The notes under the pieces: model-generated
What the model saw: only the letters and a program-made list of their open reading frames with translations
The model's database searches: none
What the model was told of the DNA's origin: nothing
Position numbers and translations under genes: made by a program
Shown: one piece after another, positions 8,361-18,548 of the stretch
Numbering within the stretch: the first letter of the stretch is position 1
Layout of the letters: each line of letters opens with the position of its first letter
Source: Myxococcota bacterium
GTDB taxonomy: Bacteria > Myxococcota_A > UBA9160 > UBA6930
Length of the DNA stretch: 64,000 nt
Reading direction: 5' to 3'
Assembly: GCA_965223415.1 (NCBI GenBank)
Contig: OZ245002.1
Location: forward strand, 4,992,001 to 5,056,000

Positions 8361-10121
8361 CTACTCGCGGAGCGAGAAGCGCAGCTCCCGGTGGGTGGCG
8401 TCGACGAGCTTCTCCCGCTGGATGCGGGTCCCGTCCGGGAAGCGCAGCTCGAAGCGGTGGTGACCGGAGGCCAGGGTGACACCGGCGACCGGTGTGGTGC
8501 CGTGGTCGCGACCGTTGATCCAGAGGCGCGCCGGCGGCAGTGCGTCGATGCGCACGTCCACGAGCGGACCGTCGGCCGAGGAGGCGAAGGGGACCGGCGG
8601 AGGAAGCTCCGCCTGGGCCTCAACGGCCGCCACGCTCTCCGCGGGCTCCGTCTCCTGCGGCTCCCGGGAAGGAGCGGCCGGCGACGGTTCGGCCGTCGCC
8701 GGGTCGGCTCCCGGGGCCTCCGCTGAAGGCGGCTTCCGCTCCGGCATCTCCGCCGTGGGGGACTCGAGCTGGAGCGGTGACTCGTCGCCGAGGACTGCGG
8801 CTGCCGGCGGCGGCGCGGCTTCGGCCGCCGGGTCCGGCTCCAGCACGGGCCCGGGCCCGACCGCCTCCGTGACATCCCCGCCTTGCTCGGATCGCATCTC
8901 GACGAGGGGCTCTGCCGCAGGCGTTTCTGCCACCTCGAGGGCGGCCTCCAGAGGCTCCTCGGGGAGATCGGCCGGCTCCGGGGCTGTCGTCCCCGGCGGC
9001 ACGCGGACCTCGGGCTCGGAGATGGAAGCCGCAGCCGGTGCCTCGGCGGCGCGTTCGGGTGGGCGCGGGTCCGAGGGCCCCGAGCGCAGGGCGAAGATGA
9101 GCCCGAAGCCCAGGAGCATCGATCCCAGCAGGAGCGGCAGATGGCGGCGCAGCCCGCCCCGCTGCGTGGTGGGCGGGCTGGGCCGGGTCGGGGGAGGCCC
9201 GGGGACACGAGGCGCCGAGGGCGCGACGACGCGCTCGGCCCGCCACTCGAACGCGGCGGTCTCGGAAGGCGGTGCCGCGGCCAGGGCCTCCCCCGGAGGC
9301 TCGACGAGAGGTGCCTCCTCCTCGGCGGCCCTCCCCGTCTCCTCCACCTCGAGCCACTGCTCCCGCCGGGCGAAGCGGTCGCGGTCCGCCTCCGGGCGAC
9401 CGCGCAAGAACTGGACCGCGAGGGCGTGCAGCTCGCGGGGGAGCCCGCCCGACTCGCGGTGGAGCCAGGAGACCACGGGCTCCGCGAACCGCTCGCGCAC
9501 GACGGCGGTGGCGCCGCTCGCCCGCAGGCGCTCCGCCACGTAGGCGTGGGTTTCCTCCTCGGTCATCGGGGCGTTGAAGCGCACCAGGGCGACCTCGGCG
9601 CCCAGAGCCGCGAGGACGCGGCCGGCGCGGGAATCGTCGATCGGCACCGCGAGCACGCGCAGGGCGCCTTCCGACTGGCGCGCCAGGTCGCCGATCGCCC
9701 GGGCCGTCTCGATCGGGAGCCCGCTCGCGTCGTCGATGGCAAGCAGGAGGCCGCGGCCGGTCTCGGCACGGGCATGGGCGGCCTCCAGTAGCGCGCCGCC
9801 GGGGTCCGAGTAGGGCCCCTGGTCCTCCCCCAGGAGGCCCAAGACCCAATGACAGAGATCGTCCAGCTCCACCGCCGCATAGGGCAGGACGAGCACCTCG
9901 GCCTCGTTCTCGAGCCGCGACGCCAGGACCCGCAGGAGCTGGGTCTTCCCGATCCCATTGGGTCCGACCAGCGCGATGCACGGAGCGCCGCGCCGATGGG
10001 CGGCCTGGAGCTCTTCGAGGGCACGCTCGCAGGCCGGCCGCGGGATGTAGCCCTCGGCGCCGGTCGTGAGGGCGAAGGGGTCGGCGCCCGCCGGGAGCGC
10101 GGGCTCGTCGCTCGTCGTCAT
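8361..10121 (-). CDS. ExeA/GspA-like AAA ATPase with TM segment, Pro/Ala/Glu linker and PEGA-like C-terminal domain
   Basis: DPF N-terminal motif, Walker A GPNGIGKT, LAIDDA, SGGLPRELH, TM LLLGSMLLGFGLIFAL, C-terminal LWINGRDHGTTP. Confidence 0.75.
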   Translation of the reverse strand: MTTSDEPALPAGADPFALTTGAEGYIPRPACERALEELQAAHRRGAPCIALVGPNGIGKTQLLRVLASRLENEAEVLVLPYAAVELDDLCHWVLGLLGEDQGPYSDPGGALLEAAHARAETGRGLLLAIDDASGLPIETARAIGDLARQSEGALRVLAVPIDDSRAGRVLAALGAEVALVRFNAPMTEEETHAYVAERLRASGATAVVRERFAEPVVSWLHRESGGLPRELHALAVQFLRGRPEADRDRFARREQWLEVEETGRAAEEEAPLVEPPGEALAAAPPSETAAFEWRAERVVAPSAPRVPGPPPTRPSPPTTQRGGLRRHLPLLLGSMLLGFGLIFALRSGPSDPRPPERAAEAPAAASISEPEVRVPPGTTAPEPADLPEEPLEAALEVAETPAAEPLVEMRSEQGGDVTEAVGPGPVLEPDPAAEAAPPPAAAVLGDESPLQLESPTAEMPERKPPSAEAPGADPATAEPSPAAPSREPQETEPAESVAAVEAQAELPPPVPFASSADGPLVDVRIDALPPARLWINGRDHGTTPVAGVTLASGHHRFELRFPDGTRIQREKLVDATHRELRFSLRE

Positions 10122-10139
10122 GGGGAGATGCGCCGCCGC

Positions 10140-10526
10140 CTACAGGAGCGCACGGATCTCCTGGAGCTCGCCGCGGATCCGCTTCAGCTCCGCCCGCGGA
10201 TCGGCTTCCAGGGCCATCTCGAGCTGCGGTGTGTCGAGGGCCCGGCCGACGCCGAGCTCCCGCAGCTTCTTGCGCGCCCCGGCGATGGTGAAGCGCTCCT
10301 CGTAGAGCAGGCGCTTGATCAGCTGGATGATCTCGATGTCGCGCTTGCGATAGAGCCGCTGCTTCGAGCGCGATTTCGCCGGCGCCATCCAGCGGAACTC
10401 GGATTCCCAGTAGCGGAGCACGTAGGGCTTCACGTCGGTGATCCGGCTGACCTCGCCGATGCGGTAGTAGAGCTTCTCGCCGCTCTCTCCGCCGTCGCCC
10501 TTCGCACTGCCGTGCTTCTTCGCCAC
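10140..10526 (-). CDS. MerR-family regulator (ihfA-associated)
   Basis: YYRIGEVS...PYVLRYWESEF...RLYRKRD...FTIAGAR. Confidence 0.9.
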   Translation of the reverse strand: MAKKHGSAKGDGGESGEKLYYRIGEVSRITDVKPYVLRYWESEFRWMAPAKSRSKQRLYRKRDIEIIQLIKRLLYEERFTIAGARKKLRELGVGRALDTPQLEMALEADPRAELKRIRGELQEIRALL

Positions 10527-10571
10527 GCTCCCCCCTTCTTCCCGGCCGGTCGACCGGGAAAGACGCGTTGG

Positions 10572-10886
10572 CTAGACCTCGCCGCCCTGGGCCGTCTCGC
10601 TCCGGGCGCCGTCCTCGTTCAGCACATTCTTTAGCACGAGGCTGGGCTTGAAGGTGAGCACCCGCCGCGCGGCCAGGCGGATCTCCTCGCCGGTCTGCGG
10701 GTTGCGCCCCTTGCGGGCGTTCTTCTGGCGAACCACGAAGTTCCCGAAGCCCGAGATCTTGACCTTCTCCCCCTCCGCGAGGGTCTCCTTGATGATGTCG
10801 AAGACCTTCTCCACCAGCTCCGCGGACTCCTTCTTCGAGAAGCCCACGCGCTCGTAGATGTGCTCGACGATGTCGGCTTTGGTCAC
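10572..10886 (-). CDS. ihfA: integration host factor alpha
   Basis: MTKADIV...VKISGFGNF...GRNPQTGE...FKPS; lies downstream of pheT. Confidence 0.95.
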   Translation of the reverse strand: MTKADIVEHIYERVGFSKKESAELVEKVFDIIKETLAEGEKVKISGFGNFVVRQKNARKGRNPQTGEEIRLAARRVLTFKPSLVLKNVLNEDGARSETAQGGEV

Positions 10887-10953
10887 GCTCTCTCCCCCTT
10901 CCCTGCGTCCCCGAGCCTAACGGAGCCGGATCCGGAGACCCATCGCCTCCGGG

Positions 10954-13362
10954 TCACCGGAGCTCCGCCCCGAAACGCTCGGACAGGACCTGAACGACGC
11001 GCTCGATGGCCTGGGCCACCTCGGCGTCCGTGAGTGTGCGGTCGGTGCGCTGGAAGTGCATCCGGAAGGCCAGGCTGAGCTTGCCCTCGGGGACGCCGCG
11101 TCCCTCGTAGCGATCGAACAGATGCACCGAGTGCAGGGAGGCGCCGGCCTTCTTGCGCACGGCCTGGAGCAGCTCGCCCGCCGGCGTGCCGGCATCGACC
11201 AGCAGGGCCAGGTCGCGCCGGACCCGCGGGTGCCGGGACACCTCCTGGTAGCGCCGGGGCTCCGGGGCCAGGCCGTCCAGGGCGTCGAGATCCACCACGA
11301 GCACCGCCGTCGGCACATCGATCTCGAAGTGGGCGGCGGTCTCCGGGTGGAGCTCGCCCACGCAGGCCACGAGGCGGCCCTGGACGCGGAGCTCGCCGGC
11401 GGCGCCCGGGTGCAGGAAGGGCTCGTCCGAGCCGGCGCGGAACTCCGGGCGCCGTCCGAGCTCGGCCAGGAGCCGCTCGCCCGTGCCCTTGGCCCGGAAG
11501 AAGACGGGGACGTCGCCGCTTCCCCACAGATCGTCGCCGCCGCTATCGGAGATCGCAGCGACGGCCTGGAGGGGCTCGCGTTCGTGCCAGGCCTCCGGGC
11601 GATCGGTGCCACCCTGGAAGACGCGGCTTACCTCGTAGAGCGCCACCCGCTCGGCCTGGCGGGCCCGGTTGGCGCGAACGGCGCGGAGGACCGAGGGCAG
11701 GAGATGGGTGCGCAGCACCGAATCGCCGGCCTGGATCGGGTTCACTAGGGGGACGTGCGCGCGCCGCGGATCGTCCGGGGCCAGGCGCAGGCCGTCGTCG
11801 TCGGCGGGCGGGCAGCCCGGGAAGGTCATGACCTCGGCCAGACCCGCGCCGACCAGGGCGTCCCGGACGGCCTCACGGGTGCGCCGGCGCGGAGCGACGC
11901 GGACGCCGGCTAGGGGGCCGCTCGGAAGCGTGGGCTCGATGGCGTCGTAGCCGAAGACCCGCGCCACCTCCTCGACCAGGTCGGCCGGCAGGTGCAGGTC
12001 GCTCCGCCAGCTCGGCGGCTGGCAGCGGAGGGCGTCCCCCGCTGGCTCGCAGGCGACGTCGACCTGGGCGAGCAGCCCGGCGATCTCGTCCCGTCCCAGG
12101 GCGGTGCCGAGCAGGCGGTTCACCCCCTCTGGCGAGAGATCGATGGCGCCGGCCCGCGGCGCGGGATCACCCAGCGCCTCCACCGGGCCGCGGGAGACCT
12201 CCCCGCCGGCCAGCTCCACGATTAGCCGCGCCGCCCGATCGGCGGCGCGCCCCTGCCCCTCCGGGTCGACGCCGCGCTCGAAGCGGTAGGAGGCGTCGCT
12301 CCGCAGGGCCAGGCGCTTGGCCGTCCGGCGCACCCGGGAGGGATCGAAGTGGGCGCTCTCGAGCAGCAGGCTCGTCGTCTCGTCGCCGACCTCGCTCTCG
12401 GCACTACCCATCACCCCGGCGATGGCGATGGCGCCCTCCCCATCGGCGATCACCAGGTCCTCCCGGCGCAGCTCCCGATCCTCGCCGTCGAGAGTGAGGA
12501 TCTTCTCGCCGTCGTCGGCGGCGCGCACGCACACGGCGCCGCCCCGCAGCTTGTCCAGGTCGAAGGCGTGGAGCGGTTGGCCGAGCTCCAGCATCACGAG
12601 GTTCGTCGCGTCGACGACGTTGTTGACCGAGCGGAGGCCGGCGGCCTCGAGCCGCTGCTGCAGCCATTCCGGCGACGGGCCCACTCGCACGCCCCGGACC
12701 ACGCGCCCGACGTAGCGGTGGCAGCCAGCGGCGTCCTCGATGGCAATGGCCACGTCCTCGCTGGCTTCCCGGTCGCCCTCGCTCACGTCGCAGGGCGGCA
12801 GGGTGAGCTCCCCGCCGAAGTGGGTCTGCACCTCGCGGGCCATGCCGAGCATCGACACCCAGTCGCCGCGGTTCGGTGTGATCTCCACGTCGAGCACGGT
12901 CTCGCCGCTGGGCAGCACCTGGTCGAGAGGTGCTCCGATCGGTGCCTCGGCGTCGAGCACGAGGATGCCTTCGTGCCCGTCGCCCAGGCCGAGCTCGCTC
13001 TCGGAGCAGATCATGCCGTGGGACTTCACGCCGCGGATCTTCGAGCGCTTGATCTTGAGGCCGCCCGGCAGGACGGTGCCGTGGGTGGCCACCGCCACCC
13101 GCTGGCCGGCGGCGACGTTCGGCGCGCCACACACGATCTCGAGGGGCTCGCCCTCGCCCACGTCCACCGCGCAGACCGAGAGACGATCTGCGTCCGGGTG
13201 CTGGGCCCGCTCGAGGACGTGGCCGACGCGGAGGGCCGACAGGTCGGCTCCGGTCAGGGTCACGTCCTCGATCTCGAGCCCGCCGACGGTGAGGCGCTCT
13301 TCGAGGGCCCCGCGCTCCGGCAGCGGGATCCACTCGGCGAGCCAGCCCAAGGGAACCTTCAT
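10954..13362 (-). CDS. pheT: phenylalanine-tRNA ligase beta subunit
   Basis: MKVPLGWL, IVCGAPN, ITPNRGD, RFERGVD, RDLALLV. Confidence 0.96.
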   Translation of the reverse strand: MKVPLGWLAEWIPLPERGALEERLTVGGLEIEDVTLTGADLSALRVGHVLERAQHPDADRLSVCAVDVGEGEPLEIVCGAPNVAAGQRVAVATHGTVLPGGLKIKRSKIRGVKSHGMICSESELGLGDGHEGILVLDAEAPIGAPLDQVLPSGETVLDVEITPNRGDWVSMLGMAREVQTHFGGELTLPPCDVSEGDREASEDVAIAIEDAAGCHRYVGRVVRGVRVGPSPEWLQQRLEAAGLRSVNNVVDATNLVMLELGQPLHAFDLDKLRGGAVCVRAADDGEKILTLDGEDRELRREDLVIADGEGAIAIAGVMGSAESEVGDETTSLLLESAHFDPSRVRRTAKRLALRSDASYRFERGVDPEGQGRAADRAARLIVELAGGEVSRGPVEALGDPAPRAGAIDLSPEGVNRLLGTALGRDEIAGLLAQVDVACEPAGDALRCQPPSWRSDLHLPADLVEEVARVFGYDAIEPTLPSGPLAGVRVAPRRRTREAVRDALVGAGLAEVMTFPGCPPADDDGLRLAPDDPRRAHVPLVNPIQAGDSVLRTHLLPSVLRAVRANRARQAERVALYEVSRVFQGGTDRPEAWHEREPLQAVAAISDSGGDDLWGSGDVPVFFRAKGTGERLLAELGRRPEFRAGSDEPFLHPGAAGELRVQGRLVACVGELHPETAAHFEIDVPTAVLVVDLDALDGLAPEPRRYQEVSRHPRVRRDLALLVDAGTPAGELLQAVRKKAGASLHSVHLFDRYEGRGVPEGKLSLAFRMHFQRTDRTLTDAEVAQAIERVVQVLSERFGAELR

Positions 13363-14351
13363 CAGAACTGCTCGACGGTCCGGACGTCGCCGTCGAAGAA
13401 GAGCTGGATGTTGGGGATGTCCCAACGGATCATCGCCGTGCGGTCGATGCCCATGCCGAAGGCGAAGCCCTGGTAGCGCTCGGGATCGATGCCGCAGTTC
13501 AGCAGCACCCGCGGGTGGATCATCCCGCAGCCGCCCCACTCGAGCCATCGCCCGCCCCAGCCGATGTCGATCTCGGCCGAGGGCTCGGTGAAGGGGAAGA
13601 AGTGGGCGCGAAAGCGCATCTCGGTGCTATCGCCGAACAGGTGCCGGGCGAAGGCGAAGAGCGTGCCCTTCAGATCGGCGAAGGTCGTGCGCTCGTCGAC
13701 GCAGACCGCCTCGATCTGGTGGAACATCGGGTAGTGGGTGCCGTCGAGGTCGTGGCGGTAGACCCGCCCCGGCGAGACGAAGCGGAACGGGGGCTTGCGG
13801 CCGCTCATGGCCCGGATCTGCACGTTCGAAGTGTGGGTGCGCAGGACGTTGCCGCCGGGCACGAAGAAGGTGTCCTGCATGTCGCGGGCGGGATGGTCCT
13901 CGGGGAAGTTCAGGCCGCCGAAATTGTTCCAGTCCGTCTCGAGCTCGGGGCCGTCCTCGATGCCGTAGCCGAGCTCGGCGAAGAAGGCGCACATCTCCCG
14001 CTCGATCTGGGTGGTCGGGTGCAGGTGGCCCCTCGGCGGGGCGAAGCCCGGGAGCGTCACGTCGAGCTTGTGCTCGACGATCTCCCGCTCACGGTCCGCG
14101 CTCTCGAGGGCCTCCTTGCGGGCCGCCGCCCAGGCCTCGATCCGCTCCTTGGCCCGATTGGCCGCCTGCCCGACGGCGGCTCGCTCCGCTCCGGAGAGGC
14201 TGCCGATGCTGCGCAGCACCGCCGAGACCGAACCCTTCTTGCCGAGGAAGCTCGCCCGCACCTCGGCCAGGGCCTGGACGGAGCTCGCCTCGCCGAGGGC
14301 CTGCTCGGCAAGGGCGACCACGCGCTCCAGGTTCTCCTCGGCGGCGGACAA
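13362..14351 (-). CDS. pheS: phenylalanine-tRNA ligase alpha subunit
   Basis: HPARDMQDTF, LRTHTS, FPFTEPS, GFAFGMGIDR. Probable TTG start at 14351. Confidence 0.96.
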   Translation of the reverse strand: MSAAEENLERVVALAEQALGEASSVQALAEVRASFLGKKGSVSAVLRSIGSLSGAERAAVGQAANRAKERIEAWAAARKEALESADREREIVEHKLDVTLPGFAPPRGHLHPTTQIEREMCAFFAELGYGIEDGPELETDWNNFGGLNFPEDHPARDMQDTFFVPGGNVLRTHTSNVQIRAMSGRKPPFRFVSPGRVYRHDLDGTHYPMFHQIEAVCVDERTTFADLKGTLFAFARHLFGDSTEMRFRAHFFPFTEPSAEIDIGWGGRWLEWGGCGMIHPRVLLNCGIDPERYQGFAFGMGIDRTAMIRWDIPNIQLFFDGDVRTVEQF

Positions 14352-14355
14352 GGCG

Positions 14356-14712
14356 CTAGGCGACCTGGGACTTCGCCAGCTTCGCCAGCTCCGCGAAGGC
14401 CGCCGGATCGGAGACGGCCAGGTCGGCCAGGTTCTTGCGATCGATCTCCACGCCGGCCAGGCCGAGGCCGTGGATGAGGCGGCTGTAGGAGAGGTCGTTC
14501 TCGCGGGCCGCCGCATTGATGCGGGCGATCCACAGCGAGCGGAACTCGCGCTTCTTCGCCTTGCGGTCGCGGTAGCCGTACTTCCAGCCCTTCTCCACCG
14601 CCTCGCGGGCGGTCTTGATCAGCCGGTGGCGGGTGCCCTGGTATCCCTTGGCGGCCCGCAGCACCCGCTTGTGTCGGGCGTGGGAGGCCTTGCCTCGCTT
14701 CACTCGCGGCAT
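14356..14712 (-). CDS. rplT: 50S ribosomal protein L20
   Basis: MPRVKRG...[12 protein letters not shown]. Confidence 0.97.
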   Translation of the reverse strand: MPRVKRGKASHARHKRVLRAAKGYQGTRHRLIKTAREAVEKGWKYGYRDRKAKKREFRSLWIARINAAARENDLSYSRLIHGLGLAGVEIDRKNLADLAVSDPAAFAELAKLAKSQVA

Positions 14713-14736
14713 CGTTCTTCTCCCTCTGCCCGTTCC

Positions 14737-14934
14737 CTAGAGGTAGGGGACGAGCTGCTTCACGCGCTTCTTGTCGGCAGCGGAGATCTCGCCCACCTCG
14801 CGCAGGTGGCGCTTCCGCTTCGTCCGCATCTTGGTGAGGATGTGGCGCTTGTTGCGTTTCTGGTGCCGGAGCTTTCCGGTCCCTGACTTCTTGAGGCGCT
14901 TGGCGGCGCCCCGGTGGGATTTCATCTTGGGCAT
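14737..14934 (-). CDS. rpmI: 50S ribosomal protein L35
   Basis: [13 protein letters not shown]. Confidence 0.97.
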   Translation of the reverse strand: MPKMKSHRGAAKRLKKSGTGKLRHQKRNKRHILTKMRTKRKRHLREVGEISAADKKRVKQLVPYL

Positions 14935-15548
14935 CAGCCCTCTCCTCCTGCTTCGCTCTGGGCGGCCTCTGCCTCCTTGGCGCGGGCCTCGGCGGCCTCC
15001 ATCTCCTTGCGGGCGACCTCGACAGCCTCCCGGTTCGGAACCAGCACCATGGAGAGGAAGCGCCCCGTCATCTGGGGCGGGTTCTCCACCGTCACCAGCT
15101 CGCCGAGCAGCTCCTTCACCCGATCGAGCTTGGCGAAGCCGACCTTGCGATGGGCCATCTCCCGGCCGCGGAACATGACGGTGATCTTCACCTTGTCGCC
15201 GTCGATCAGGAAGCGCCGAGCGTTGTTCACCTTGAACTCGAGGTCGTGGTCGTCCGTGTTGGGACGCATCTTCACTTCCTTGAGTGCGGCAGCCCGGCCC
15301 TTCCCCTTGGCCTTGGCGGCGGCCGCCTTCTTCTTCTGCTCGTACTTGTACTTCCCGTAATCCATGATCCGGCAGACCGGCGGCCGGGCGTTGGGTGCGA
15401 CCTCGACCAGGTCGTAACCCTCTTCCTCGGCCCGGGCGCGCGCCTCGTCGGCGGCGACCACCCCCAGCTGCTCTCCGTCCGCTCCGATCAGCATGACCTC
15501 GCGGACGCGGATCTTCTCGTTGATCCTGACGGCGTCTTTCTCAGCGAT
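14934..15548 (-). CDS. infC: translation initiation factor IF-3 with non-canonical ATC start
   Basis: The frame extends upstream of the track ATG through RINEKIR to ATC at 15548, 7 nt after a [28 protein letters not shown]. Confidence 0.95.
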   Translation of the reverse strand: MAEKDAVRINEKIRVREVMLIGADGEQLGVVAADEARARAEEEGYDLVEVAPNARPPVCRIMDYGKYKYEQKKKAAAAKAKGKGRAAALKEVKMRPNTDDHDLEFKVNNARRFLIDGDKVKITVMFRGREMAHRKVGFAKLDRVKELLGELVTVENPPQMTGRFLSMVLVPNREAVEVARKEMEAAEARAKEAEAAQSEAGGEG

Positions 15549-15568
15549 ACGAGTACCCTCCGGGCGTC

Positions 15569-17506
15569 TCAGACCTGGCGGCGAGCGACTTGCTCGGCCA
15601 GATCCGTGACGAATGCATCGACGGACACCGCGTCTCCGCCGCGCTCGGCATCACGCCGGAAGCGCGGGGTAACGGTGCCCTGCTGCACCTCCTGATCGCC
15701 GATCACGGCCATCACGGGGATCTTCTGCAGCTCCGCCTCGCGGATCTTAAAGCCGAGCTTCTCGGACCGCTCGTCGAGGTGGGCGCGCAGGCCGGCGGCC
15801 TCGAGGGCCGCCCGGACCTTGTGGGCGTACTCGGCATGGCGATCGGTGATCGGCAGCAGCGCCACCTGCACCGGGGCCAGCCAGAGCGGGAAGTCCCCAC
15901 CGGTGTGCTCGATGTAGAGCGCGAGGAAGCGCTCGATCGAGCCGAGCACGGCCCGGTGCAGCATCGCGGGCTGGTGGTCGCCGCCGTCGCGGCCGACGTA
16001 GCGGAGGCCGAAGCGACCGGGCATGCCCATGTCGACCTGGAGCGTGCCGAGGGTCCAGGAGCGGCCCAGCACGTCCTTGAAGTCGCAGGCGATCTTGGGA
16101 CCGTAGAAGGCGGCCTCGCCGGGCTTGATGCCGCACGCGTAGCCCGCCGAGCGCACCGCCTCCTCGAGCTGGCGCTCGCCCCGCTCCCAGTCGGCCACCT
16201 CGCCGATGAATCCCTCCTCAGGGCGCGTCTCCAGGTTGATCTCCACGCCCTCGAGGCCGAGGGCGCCGTACACCTCGCTCATCATCTCGAAGAAGCGGTG
16301 GATCTCGTTCTCGACCTGGTCGGGCTCGCAGTAGATATGGGCGTCGTCCTGGGCGAAGGAGCGCACCCGCGCGAGGCCCGTCAGCGTGCCGCTGCGCTCG
16401 TTGCGGTGGAGGCGCGAGAACTCCGCCAGCCGAAGGGGCAGCTCGCGGTAGGAACGCTTCTTCGCGTTGAACAGCCGGCAATGTCCCGGGCAGTTCATGG
16501 CCTTGACGCCGAGCTCCTCGCCCTCGTCGGCCCCTTCGAACCAGAACATGTCGTCGCGGAAGTTGTCGTAGTGGCCGGAGGTCTTGAAGATCTCGGAGCG
16601 GAAGAGCTGAGGGAGCATTACCTCCTGGTAGCCGTACTTCGGGTAGAGGGATTTCACGAAGTCGACCAGCCCGTTGTAAACGACCATGCCCTTCGGCAGC
16701 CAGAAGGGCGAGCCGGGCGAGAGGGGATCGAGGTGGAAGAGCTCGAGCTGGGCGCCGACGCGCCGGTGGTCGCGCTCCTTCGCCTCCTCGAGGCGCTGAA
16801 GGTGCTCCGCCAGCTCCTGCTTCGTGGCGAAGGCGGTGCCGTAGATGCGCTGGAGCATCTCGTTGCGCTCGTCGCCCCGCCAGTAGGCGCCGGCGGCCTC
16901 GAGCAGGGTGACGGCGCCGATCTGCTTGGTGGTCTGGACGTGGGGGCCGCGGCACAGGTCCACGAAGTCGCCGTGGCGGAAGAGCGTGATGGTCTCGCCC
17001 TCGGGGATGTCGTCGAGGCGCGAGACCTTGAGGTGCTCGCCGGCCTCCAGGAACAGCCGCTTCGCCTCCTCGCGGCTCACCTCCTCCCGCACGAACTCGC
17101 TCTTCTCCTTCACGATCTTGCGCATCTCGGCCTCGATGCGCTCCAGGTCCTCCGGCGTGAAGGGCTCGGCGACCTTGAAGTCGTACTGGAACTTCTCGCT
17201 GTGGTCGGCCCGGCCCGCGTCCACCTGGGCCGCGGGGAAGAGCCGCTTCACCGCGTCGGCCATGACGTGCTCGGCGGAGTGGCGGATCACGAGGGCGCCC
17301 TGGGGGTCCTTCGCCGTCACGATCTCGAGCCGCGCCACGTCGTCGCGGAGAGGGGCCCGCAGGTCGACCAACTCGCCTTCGATCCGGCCGGCCAGGGCCG
17401 CCCGGGCGAGCCCCGCTCCGATCTCCCGCGCGACGTCCAGCACCGTGGCACCCGTGGGCACGGAGAGCGTCCGACCGTCGGGAAGCCCGACTGCCAGGTT
17501 GCTCAT
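15569..17506 (-). CDS. thrS: threonine-tRNA ligase
   Basis: TGS domain LPDG, HSAEH, DLCRGPH, MNCPGH, HRAVLGSIERF. Confidence 0.97.
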   Translation of the reverse strand: MSNLAVGLPDGRTLSVPTGATVLDVAREIGAGLARAALAGRIEGELVDLRAPLRDDVARLEIVTAKDPQGALVIRHSAEHVMADAVKRLFPAAQVDAGRADHSEKFQYDFKVAEPFTPEDLERIEAEMRKIVKEKSEFVREEVSREEAKRLFLEAGEHLKVSRLDDIPEGETITLFRHGDFVDLCRGPHVQTTKQIGAVTLLEAAGAYWRGDERNEMLQRIYGTAFATKQELAEHLQRLEEAKERDHRRVGAQLELFHLDPLSPGSPFWLPKGMVVYNGLVDFVKSLYPKYGYQEVMLPQLFRSEIFKTSGHYDNFRDDMFWFEGADEGEELGVKAMNCPGHCRLFNAKKRSYRELPLRLAEFSRLHRNERSGTLTGLARVRSFAQDDAHIYCEPDQVENEIHRFFEMMSEVYGALGLEGVEINLETRPEEGFIGEVADWERGERQLEEAVRSAGYACGIKPGEAAFYGPKIACDFKDVLGRSWTLGTLQVDMGMPGRFGLRYVGRDGGDHQPAMLHRAVLGSIERFLALYIEHTGGDFPLWLAPVQVALLPITDRHAEYAHKVRAALEAAGLRAHLDERSEKLGFKIREAELQKIPVMAVIGDQEVQQGTVTPRFRRDAERGGDAVSVDAFVTDLAEQVARRQV

Positions 17507-17516
17507 GTGCGCGGGT

Positions 17517-17582
17517 AGAGGCGGGAATGCATGATGGATCGGTTCGGAGGATCCCCGCAGAGGCGGGAATGCATGATGGATC
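17517..17582. repeat. 24-bp perfect direct repeat between tRNA-Val and thrS
   Basis: AGAGGCGGGAATGCATGATGGATC at 17517-17540 and 17559-17582. Confidence 0.9.
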
Positions 17583-17593
17583 AGCTCGCAGGA

Positions 17594-17669
17594 TGGTAGG
17601 CACGGGCGGGGTCGAACCGCCGACCTCCGCCGTGTCAAGGCGGCGCTCTAGCCACTGAGCTACGTGCCT
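17594..17669 (-). tRNA. tRNA-Val(GAC)
   Basis: AGGCACGTAGCTCAGTGGCTAGAGCGCCGCCTTGACACGGCGGAGGTCGGCGGTTCGACCCCGCCCGTGCCTACCA. Confidence 0.97.
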
Positions 17670-17717
17670 ATCGGCCAGCTAAGAGCTCGAAATCAGTACC
17701 GATTCACCGATTCCGTG

Positions 17718-18548
17718 TCAATCGGACGGCGCCCGGACCGGTCCGCCCGCGCCGGATGCCGCGGCGGGGGCGAGAAGCCGCACCCGGACGCGGAGCTCGC
17801 CCGGGCCCTGGGAGAGCGGGATCAGCTCGAGGCGGCCCTCCGGATCGCCGGCCAGCCGGTCCAGGAGCTGTCCCGGGCGGCCCGGGGCCTCGACCCGCAG
17901 CACGACCCGGCCCGCCTCGAAGCGCTCGGGCACCGCCAGGCGCGCCTCGCCGCGTCGGCGGAGCTGGTCGACGAAGGCGGCGTAGGCCGCCCAGTCGGTG
18001 GTCTCGACGATCACCCGATGGGCGTGGGAGGGGATCTGGCCGGGCACGGTCCGGATCCAACCGGCGCTGCGCAGGCCCCGGGCGACCCGGTCCACGTCGA
18101 CCTGCACCTCGATCTCGACGGCGTACTCGACGGAGACTGCCGGATCCCGGAGCACCCGGGCGGCCCGCTCGCCATGCTCCGTCAGTACCCGGTAGCGGAC
18201 GGCGTAGTCGGCGGGGGCGCCCCCCAGCGCCGCCAGGACGTCCAGGTCCTGCGGCACCGCGCCCCGATCGGCGGCCACGAGATCCTCGCCCACCTGGCGG
18301 ACCGCCTCGCCGATGCCCTGGCGAAGGGCCGCCTGCCGGGGCGAACGACCTGCCGGCGCCTGGTCGCCGGCCGGGCTCACCCCTTCCACGACCAGCCGGG
18401 CCGGCGCCACGGCCGGGGCCGCTCCAGCGATGAGCAGGAGGAGCCCCGCCGTGACGAGGGCGACCCCGCCCCAAAGGGGCCCGTTGCCGTTGGCCCCGTG
18501 CCCCCGCCTCACGGGCCTGTTGCTGTTGCCCACGCCCCCGCCCCTCAC
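17718..18548 (-). CDS. exported hypothetical protein (FlgT-N/DUF2066-like N-domain, tentative)
   Basis: GTGA overlap with the dnaE stop, hydrophobic signal-like segment, RQAALRQGIGEAV...YRVLTE pattern. Confidence 0.6.
   Translation of the reverse strand: MRGGGVGNSNRPVRRGHGANGNGPLWGGVALVTAGLLLLIAGAAPAVAPARLVVEGVSPAGDQAPAGRSPRQAALRQGIGEAVRQVGEDLVAADRGAVPQDLDVLAALGGAPADYAVRYRVLTEHGERAARVLRDPAVSVEYAVEIEVQVDVDRVARGLRSAGWIRTVPGQIPSHAHRVIVETTDWAAYAAFVDQLRRRGEARLAVPERFEAGRVVLRVEAPGRPGQLLDRLAGDPEGRLELIPLSQGPGELRVRVRLLAPAAASGAGGPVRAPSD

Noticed and set aside
17517..17582. Direct repeats as a mini-CRISPR array
   Set aside because: Only two copies, an 18-nt spacer and no cas genes in the window; the other junction repeats are unrelated in sequence.
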